Assembly: GCA_963796955.1 (NCBI GenBank)
Contig: CAWCNJ010000008.1
Span: 96,001-160,000 of the forward strand
Origin: Endomicrobiales bacterium
Lineage (GTDB): Bacteria; Elusimicrobiota; Endomicrobiia; Endomicrobiales; JALOBY01
Direction of reading: 5' to 3'
DNA length: 64,000 nt
Part shown: piece after piece, positions 57,123 through 64,000 of the stretch
How positions within the stretch are numbered: position 1 is the stretch's first letter
How the letters are laid out: the number at the start of each line of letters is the position of its first letter
The notes under the pieces: generated by a model
Database searches by the model: none
Seen by the model: only the letters and a program-made list of their open reading frames with translations
What the model was told of the DNA's origin: nothing
Made by a program: the position numbers and the translations under genes

Positions 57123-59765
57123 ATGTTCCAGTCATTTGTTTATAAAATATTCGGCTCACCTAACGATCGCGAACTTAAAAAATTATTCCCTATAGTCGCG
57201 GCGGTAAACGAGTTTGAACCGGCTATCTCGGCCTTGAGCGATGAACAACTGCGTGCAAAAACCGTTGAGTTCCGCGAACGCCTGACGGCTGGCGAAACTC
57301 TTGATGATATCGCTCCCGAGGCATTTGCCTGCGTCCGGGAGGCCTCTAAACGTACGACCGGCCTGAGGCACTTCGATGTGCAGCTTATCGGCGGTTCTGT
57401 CCTTCATAAGGGTAAGATTGCCGAAATGCGCACCGGTGAAGGTAAAACGCTGGTCGCCACACTGGCCGCTTATTTGAACGCTATCGAAGGCCTGGGTGTG
57501 CATATTGTTACCGTTAACGATTACCTGGCTAAACGCGACCGCAACTGGATGGGACCGATATTTGAGTTCCTTGGTTTGACGGTAGGCTTTGTGCAGCACG
57601 ATATGCCGAACGAGGATCGCCGCAAGTCATATGCCTGTGATATCACGTACGTAACGAACAACGAAATAGGGTTCGATTATCTGCGCGATAACATGGTCAT
57701 TTCAAAAGACGAGCGCGTATTGCGCCCGCTCAATTTTGCCGTCGTTGACGAAGTCGACTCAATACTTATCGACGAAGCACGTACGCCCCTTATCATATCC
57801 GGTCCCGCCGAAGAATCTACCGATAAATATTATATATGCAACCGCATCGTGCCGCACCTGAAAGGCCGAAAGATCACGGAATCAGAGGAAATAGATGCGA
57901 AATATTCCGGCGCGGACCTTGCGGCCGGCTACGATTATCTGATCGACGAAAAGAACCATACGATAGTGCTGACGGAACCCGGGGTACAAAAGTCCGAGAA
58001 ACTGCTGGGGATCAAAAACATTTACGACGATCTGCAGACCGAATGGGTCCACCACATGAACCAGGCGCTGCGGGCGCATGCGCTTTACCTGAAAGATGTC
58101 CACTACGTCGTTAAAGACGGCGAAGTGATCATCGTCGACGAATTTACCGGCCGTTTAATGCCGGGGCGCCGCTGGTCGGAGGGGTTGCACCAGGCTGTTG
58201 AAGCGAAAGAAGGCCTTAAGATCGCCTCCGAGAACCAGACCCTGGCGACCATAACATTCCAGAACTATTTCAGGATGTACAAAAAACTTTCAGGTATGAC
58301 CGGTACGGCTGTTACAGAAGCCGGGGAATTCTGGTCAATTTATAAACTGTCGGTCGTAGAGATACCCACGAACCAGCCGGTCTCGCGCATAGACTATTCG
58401 GATGTGATCTACCGCACGGAAAAAGAGAAGTTCGAGGCTATAATCGGTGAAATAGAAAAATTGTGGAAAAAGAACCAGCCGGTACTTGTCGGTACCCGCT
58501 CTATCGAAAAATCGGAAAAACTCTCCAATATGCTGCGCCGTAAGGGCGTGCCTCACCAGGTGCTGAACGCTAAATACCATGAAATGGAAGCACAGATCAT
58601 CGCGCAGGCCGGCAAGAAAGCGGCGGTCACTATCGCCACGAACATGGCAGGACGAGGCACCGACATTGTGCTGGGCGGCAACCCCGCCGACCCTGAGAAC
58701 GCCGAAGCCGTTAAAGGCGCCGGCGGCCTGCATATTCTCGGCACCGAACGGCATGAAGCGCGGCGTATCGACAATCAGCTCAGGGGTCGTTCAGGTCGTC
58801 AGGGCGACCCGGGCTCATCACGTTTTTTCCTTTCGCTGGAAGACGAACTGATGCGCCTGTTCGGCTCCGACCGGATCTCCACCATTATGCAGCGCCTGGG
58901 CATGCAGGAAGGGGAAGAGATACAGCATCCCTGGATAAACAAAGCCATAGAGAACGCACAGCGTAAAGTTGAAGCGATGAACTTCGATATCCGTAAACAT
59001 TTGCTGGAATACGATAACGTGATGAACAAGCAGCGCGAGGTCGTCTACCGTCTGCGCAGCGAGATACTGGAAGGCGAGGACGTTTCTATAACCGTCAAGG
59101 ACATGATCAACGAGAACCTGGAAGAGAAAGTCGCCATGTGGGCGAATGAAAAAGTGTACCCCGAGGAATGGGACTGGGTTCAGCTGGAAGCGTGGCTGGA
59201 ACGCACGTTCAATATAAAACTTGGTCTGAGCGAGGAAGATAAACTGACGCAGCGGCCCGAAAGCCTGCGCGCCCTTATCCAGGAAAAAGTGGATGAGGTC
59301 TTCGCCAGGCGCGAGACGGAACTGACCCCGGACTTTATGCAGCACATACAGCGCATGATCCTGCTGCAGATGATAGATACCGCCTGGAAAGAACATCTAT
59401 ACGACCTGGATCAGGTCAAAAAAGGTATCGGCCTGAGAGCTTACGCGCAAAAAGATCCTCTGATAGAATATCAAAAGGAATCCTTTCTTATGTTCGAAGC
59501 GATGATGCACCGCATAAGCGAGGCGACCGTAGAATATCTTTTCAAAGTACAGGTAAACGTGCAGGCGCCGAGGCGTCCGGTCATACATGTCGGCGGCAGC
59601 GATTCGCCTCAGGAGCCGCAGCCCCAGGCCGCTCAACAAATGCCGTTCGGGCAGCCCGCCATGCAGGCAACGGTCTCAAAACCGGTTATGCCCGAAAAGC
59701 TCGGGCGTAACGACCCATGCCCTTGCGGCAGCGGGAAAAAATACAAGAAATGCTGCGGTAAATAG
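57123..59765 (+). CDS. secA: Preprotein translocase ATPase SecA
   Basis: [83 protein letters not shown]. Confidence 0.98.
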   Translation: MFQSFVYKIFGSPNDRELKKLFPIVAAVNEFEPAISALSDEQLRAKTVEFRERLTAGETLDDIAPEAFACVREASKRTTGLRHFDVQLIGGSVLHKGKIAEMRTGEGKTLVATLAAYLNAIEGLGVHIVTVNDYLAKRDRNWMGPIFEFLGLTVGFVQHDMPNEDRRKSYACDITYVTNNEIGFDYLRDNMVISKDERVLRPLNFAVVDEVDSILIDEARTPLIISGPAEESTDKYYICNRIVPHLKGRKITESEEIDAKYSGADLAAGYDYLIDEKNHTIVLTEPGVQKSEKLLGIKNIYDDLQTEWVHHMNQALRAHALYLKDVHYVVKDGEVIIVDEFTGRLMPGRRWSEGLHQAVEAKEGLKIASENQTLATITFQNYFRMYKKLSGMTGTAVTEAGEFWSIYKLSVVEIPTNQPVSRIDYSDVIYRTEKEKFEAIIGEIEKLWKKNQPVLVGTRSIEKSEKLSNMLRRKGVPHQVLNAKYHEMEAQIIAQAGKKAAVTIATNMAGRGTDIVLGGNPADPENAEAVKGAGGLHILGTERHEARRIDNQLRGRSGRQGDPGSSRFFLSLEDELMRLFGSDRISTIMQRLGMQEGEEIQHPWINKAIENAQRKVEAMNFDIRKHLLEYDNVMNKQREVVYRLRSEILEGEDVSITVKDMINENLEEKVAMWANEKVYPEEWDWVQLEAWLERTFNIKLGLSEEDKLTQRPESLRALIQEKVDEVFARRETELTPDFMQHIQRMILLQMIDTAWKEHLYDLDQVKKGIGLRAYAQKDPLIEYQKESFLMFEAMMHRISEATVEYLFKVQVNVQAPRRPVIHVGGSDSPQEPQPQAAQQMPFGQPAMQATVSKPVMPEKLGRNDPCPCGSGKKYKKCCGK

Positions 59766-59782
59766 AATCGGAGAATATATAC

Positions 59783-61033
59783 ATGAAAAAAGCGGCAGCG
59801 ATCAGGAAAACCGTTAAGGCTAAAAATAACAGCAAAGACCTTAAGACCGAAATAGAGTTGTTGTATAATTTGATCGAAATAATAGGACAGACCGATAAGC
59901 TTGACCTGATGGTAGCGCAGATGGCGAACGCGCTGGCCGCGGCGATGGTGTGCGACAGTTGCCTGATCTATCTTGCCGATCAGACGAACTGCAATCTGGT
60001 ACTGTCGGGCGCGTATCCGCCGCACCCGTCCCAGCTGGGAAAAATACGGCTTGGTTCCGGCGAAGGCATAACCGGCTGGGTCGCGGAACATAAAAAGCCC
60101 GTGGCCTTGTGCGAAGACGCGAGCAGCGACCCGCGGTTCAAGGTATTTCAAAACCTGCCGGAAGATAAATTCGAGGCCTTCCTTTCCGTGCCGGTCTTGC
60201 TGCAGGGAGAGGTGATCGGCGTTATTAACCTGATGAATAATAAACGGAGGCAGTTCTCCGCCAACAACATCAAACTGGTCAGTTCCATTTCTTCACAGAT
60301 CGCGGGCGCTATTGAGAAGGCGCGCCTGCAAAAATCGGCCCGTTTCAAGAACCAGCAGATCGAGCTGGTCTCCCAGCTCTCACGCTCAATGGTCTCCGGC
60401 TCGTATTTGTCCGAAATACTGCAGCTGATCGTTACCATGACCGCCCAGACGATGAACTCCAAGATATGCTCGTTGATGCTCTACGACGAAAAGGCCCAGG
60501 AATTGAAGATCGCGGCCACACAATCCCTTTCAGAGGACTACAAGAAAAAGCCCGCTTTGAAACTGGACAAATCGATTGCCGGCCGCGTCATAAAAGAACG
60601 CACCGCGATCAGCATTAAGGATGTGACCGCCGATCCCCGTTACAGCTACCCGGATATCGCGCGTAAGGAAGGTCTTAAAAGCATGCTTGCGGTGCCGATG
60701 CTTATAAAAGGCCGTCCTATAGGTGTTATTAATTGTTACACCACCAGCGAACATGAATTTACTGAAGATGAAACAGCGATGCTGCAAACGATAGCCAATC
60801 AGGCCGCTCTCGCGATAGAGAACACGCGCCTTCTGGAAGAATCGCAGAACGCGAAGGAAGCTCTAGAGAACCGCAAGATCATTGAACGTGCGAAAGGCAT
60901 TCTTATGCGTCAGCGAGGGATCAGCGAGTCGGAAGCTTTTCAATTCGTTCAACGCCAGGCGATGAATATGCGCCGTACCATGAAAGAGATCGCCGAGGCT
61001 ATCCTGCTGAGCGACGGCATCGCCAACCCCTGA
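59783..61033 (+). CDS. GAF-GAF-ANTAR RNA-binding regulator
   Basis: Two GAF domains (GEGITGWVA, FLSVP..IGVIN; MLAVPM..IGVIN) and C-terminal ANTAR (RKIIERAKGILM...EAF...AMN.R..MKEIA). Confidence 0.88.
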   Translation: MKKAAAIRKTVKAKNNSKDLKTEIELLYNLIEIIGQTDKLDLMVAQMANALAAAMVCDSCLIYLADQTNCNLVLSGAYPPHPSQLGKIRLGSGEGITGWVAEHKKPVALCEDASSDPRFKVFQNLPEDKFEAFLSVPVLLQGEVIGVINLMNNKRRQFSANNIKLVSSISSQIAGAIEKARLQKSARFKNQQIELVSQLSRSMVSGSYLSEILQLIVTMTAQTMNSKICSLMLYDEKAQELKIAATQSLSEDYKKKPALKLDKSIAGRVIKERTAISIKDVTADPRYSYPDIARKEGLKSMLAVPMLIKGRPIGVINCYTTSEHEFTEDETAMLQTIANQAALAIENTRLLEESQNAKEALENRKIIERAKGILMRQRGISESEAFQFVQRQAMNMRRTMKEIAEAILLSDGIANP

Positions 61034-61037
61034 CACG

Positions 61038-62564
61038 ATGACTTCTATACGCGCGCTCGTGCGTTTTCACTATCCCCTTGCTGTCCTTTCAGGCGTATTA
61101 CTTTGGTTGTCCTTTCCGGGTTTTTCCTGGTTCCCGCTGGCCTGGCTTGCCCTGATCCCTTTGATGATCTCCATTATCGGCGCAACGCCTCTCAAAGCCG
61201 CACTGCTGGGTTTTATCACGGGACTTACCGCTTATACTGGCATTACCTATTGGATAGTGCCCACCGTGCATACCGCGACAGGTTCCTGGGTACAGGCTTT
61301 GCTGTGTCAGGGAGTGCTTGCATCGTACCTTGCCTTCTTTATCGCATTATGGGCATATTTAGTACGCGCCGTCGATATTAAAGCATCGCTGCTGAGATTC
61401 TCATTTTTTTCCGCCGCCCTGTGGATCGCGATCGAATTTTTACGCACATGGCTTTTCGGCGGGTTCCCCTGGGCGCTGCTTGGTTATTCGCAGTGGAAAT
61501 TTTTATCCCTGATACAGCTTGCCGAGTATACCGGCGTATACGGGATATCGTTTCTTTTAGTGCTGGTAAATACAAGTCTGTTGCGCTTGTTAACGACAAA
61601 ACGTGCGCTGCCGTTCATCGCGCTTTTGTTCGTGGTCTCGTCTGCCGCGGTCGTTGGAAAGGTGCTCTACATTGCCACCACAACCGCGGCGCCGCTGTAT
61701 ATTAAGGTCGCGGTATTGCAGGGGAATATCGACCAGTACAAGAAATTCGACAAAGTGTATATTTCGGACATCGTTTCAGGGTATACCTCCATTGCCCGTC
61801 AGGCAGCGCGCACGAGACCTGATATGATCGTCTGGCCCGAAACTTCCGTGCCCGGCGTTCTGCCGAGAGATCCGGGGTTGTATGCATGGATCAGTTCTCT
61901 TTCGAAGGAAACACGGTCCTATAATATAGTAGGTTCGATCTATAACAACGGCGGTCAGGAATATTACAACTCATCCATACTGTTCGGCTCTGAAGGCGAG
62001 ATCGTCGGCTGGCACAAAAAGAACCATCTGGTGCCGTTTGGCGAGTATATACCCTTTAGGAAATTTCTGTCCCCCTTCTTCAAGATATTCAACGAAATGG
62101 GAGACCTGACACGCGGGACGCAGCCGGATCTGCTCCCGGTTAAATCAGTGCTTATCTCTCCGGTCATCTGCTCCGAGAACTTTTTCGGCGATCTGGTGCG
62201 CCGCTTTATCCGTAAGGGCGGGGAAGTGATCGTCAGCCAGACGAACGATGCCTGGTATCTGAACACCAGCGCCGCTCAACAGCATTTCATAATGAATGTC
62301 TTCAGGGCAATTGAGAACCGCAGGCCGGTGATCGCCGCCGGCAATACCGGTGTTTCAGGCATCATAGAGCCGAACGGACGCATAAGCGCACGGCTTGCGG
62401 AGCACCGGCGCGCGTTCCTGGTAGCGACGGTCTCTCCATCGCGCGTCATGACATTCTATACCAGATTCGGCGATCTTTTCGCGATCTTTTGCGTGCTCTA
62501 CGCCCTGCTGGTGCTGATCCTCAAATTCAAATATCTTCTGCCTCAAAAAATACTTAGATTTTAG
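61038..62564 (+). CDS. lnt: Apolipoprotein N-acyltransferase
   Basis: GFPW..LGYSQ, QGNI, WPET, K.HLVPFGEYIP, ICSE, NDAW, RAIENRR, NTGVS. Confidence 0.95.
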   Translation: MTSIRALVRFHYPLAVLSGVLLWLSFPGFSWFPLAWLALIPLMISIIGATPLKAALLGFITGLTAYTGITYWIVPTVHTATGSWVQALLCQGVLASYLAFFIALWAYLVRAVDIKASLLRFSFFSAALWIAIEFLRTWLFGGFPWALLGYSQWKFLSLIQLAEYTGVYGISFLLVLVNTSLLRLLTTKRALPFIALLFVVSSAAVVGKVLYIATTTAAPLYIKVAVLQGNIDQYKKFDKVYISDIVSGYTSIARQAARTRPDMIVWPETSVPGVLPRDPGLYAWISSLSKETRSYNIVGSIYNNGGQEYYNSSILFGSEGEIVGWHKKNHLVPFGEYIPFRKFLSPFFKIFNEMGDLTRGTQPDLLPVKSVLISPVICSENFFGDLVRRFIRKGGEVIVSQTNDAWYLNTSAAQQHFIMNVFRAIENRRPVIAAGNTGVSGIIEPNGRISARLAEHRRAFLVATVSPSRVMTFYTRFGDLFAIFCVLYALLVLILKFKYLLPQKILRF

Positions 62565-62573
62565 GAGATCGCC

Positions 62574-63663
62574 ATGCTCAACGATATTCAGGTAAAATTG
62601 GAGCGCCTCAGGAGGGCGCTTTGACGTTGAAGGGAAAAAGAAAGAGATCACGGAACTGGAACAACGGTCCGGAGAGTCCGGCTTCTGGAACGACGCCAAC
62701 AGCGCCCGCGCTTTAATGGGAAAATTGAATGCTTTAAAAAAGACCGTGTCTACCTGGGAAGCGCAAACGGCGGAAGCTGTCGAACTGGCACAGTTGTCCA
62801 AAATGGCTGAAGATGAAAAAGACGAAAGCATGGTGGCCGAGATCGCTGCTAACATTGAGAAATTGAGACAGTCCGTCAATGCGCTTGAAATACAGCTGAA
62901 ACTGGCAGGAGAGTTCGACCGCAGCAACGCGATAGTAGCGATACATGCGGGGGCCGGCGGTACTGAGTCGTGCGACTGGGCCGAGATGCTGCTCAGGATG
63001 TACAACCGGTGGGCCGAACGAAAAGGTTTTACTGTTGAATTGCTCGACATACTCGGCGGGGAAGAAGCGGGTATAAAGAGCGCGACCTTCCTGGTAAAAG
63101 GCGAATTCGCCTACGGCCTGTTGCGCTCCGAACTGGGAGTGCACCGCCTGGTGAGAATATCGCCCTTTGATGCTAACAAACGCCGCCATACCTCGTTCTC
63201 CTCCGTCGACGTCATTCCTGAGATCGACGATAATATCAACATTGTGATAGAAGACAAAGATCTTCGTATAGACACCTACCGGGCTTCGGGGCACGGGGGA
63301 CAATATATGAACAAGACCGATTCCGCGGTCCGTGTTACGCACATCCCTTCCGGCATCGTTATTGCCTGCCAGGTGGAACGTTCCCAGATAAAGAACAGAG
63401 CGACCGCTATGAAGCTGCTGAAATCAAGATTATATGAGGCGGAGCTCGACAAAAAGCGAAAAGTCACCGAGAAGCACTATGATGAAAAAGGTTCCATCGC
63501 CTGGGGCAGCCAGATACGTTCGTATGTGTTCATGCCCTACCAGCTGGTCAAAGACCATCGCACCGGCATTGAAGTACCCCAGGTGGACCTGGTAATGGAT
63601 GGCGAAATAGATCCGTTCATATCGGCGTATCTTGACAAAAAACTGACCGGCGAGAGCTCGTAA
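62574..63663 (+). CDS. prfB: Peptide chain release factor 2, programmed +1 frameshift
   Basis: ORF1 62574-62621 ends CTT TGA C with internal SD AGGAGG; +1 frame continues DVEGKK..FWND, GAGGTES.DW, RISPFD, GGQ, WGSQIRSY. Confidence 0.96.
62610..62625 (+). promoter_or_regulatory. RF2 frameshift cassette
   Basis: AGGAGG-GCG-CTT-TGA-C. Confidence 0.93.
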
Positions 63664-63681
63664 CAACCGCCGCAAAATCCA

Positions 63682-63711
63682 TTGACATCGCTGCACAAAA
63701 ACAGCTATAAT
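63682..63711 (+). promoter_or_regulatory. Sigma70-type promoter
   Basis: TTGACA (63682-63687), 18 bp, TATAAT (63706-63711). Confidence 0.7.
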
Positions 63712-63763
63712 TTTATATGTGTTTTTGATTTTTACATTATCCTGGTCCGCGTGAGGAAACCTG

Positions 63764-64000
63764 ATGAAAAAGATCATGGTGGTGGAAGATGAACGCGATG
63801 TGGTTGAGCTGCTGAAATTCATTCTTGAGAAAGACGGGTACGAGGTTACGCCTGCCTATAACGGGCGCGAGGCTATGGAGTATCTGGGAATGCTGCCCTC
63901 AAGTCAGCCGAAAGTGGTGCCGGACCTTATGATACTTGATATAATGATGCCGGAAGTTGACGGCTATACGCTGCAGAATAAGATGATGGTAGCGGAAGAT
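63764..64000 (+). CDS. Response regulator receiver protein (3'-truncated by window edge)
   Basis: Translated by hand: MKKIMVVEDE...AYNGREA...PDLMILDIMMPEVDGY; SD GAGG. Confidence 0.88.
   Translation, partial: MKKIMVVEDERDVVELLKFILEKDGYEVTPAYNGREAMEYLGMLPSSQPKVVPDLMILDIMMPEVDGYTLQNKMMVAED

Noticed and set aside
1..64000. CRISPR arrays, tRNA/rRNA genes, transposases, integrases, defence systems
   Set aside because: No regularly spaced repeats, tRNA T-loop signatures or matching protein motifs seen by eye; intergenic space is small and mostly accounted for

Overview
Bacterial chromosomal window, almost entirely + strand, from a diderm organism (LptE, Lnt, lipid A acyltransferase) that also carries RNase Y, SMC and an L20-type leader. 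This combination and the pilin family suggest Elusimicrobiota or a similar lineage (inference). Housekeeping content: thrS-infC-rpmI-rplT-pheST, zapB-like/zapA/6S RNA/rarA/ygfA/rny, xseAB-ispA-dxs-tlyA, leuS-lptE-holA, rpsT, murJ, uvrC, smc, secA, lnt and frameshifted prfB. Two modules stand out. (1) A 13-kb type IV pilus locus with two paralogous major-type pilins, an apparent PilO-PilP fusion, an embedded response regulator and TPR-like protein, and a PilX-like pilin fused to a Kelch beta-propeller. (2) An FMN riboswitch whose first gene is not a rib gene but a TMTC-like (GT-C fold plus TPR) membrane protein, with a second TMTC-like gene right after ribD-ribE-ribBA-ribH. Non-coding features read from the sequence: a probable GTA start codon for infC, a ~164-bp MITE-like element between 6S RNA and rarA, a multi-branch RNA that hides the xseB ribosome-binding site, a GTAG-type REP, near-identical promoters for the zap/6S and pil operons, and a duplicated RBS in front of the major pilin. 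No tRNA, rRNA, CRISPR array or transposase was seen. All protein calls are motif recognition by eye, with no database search.
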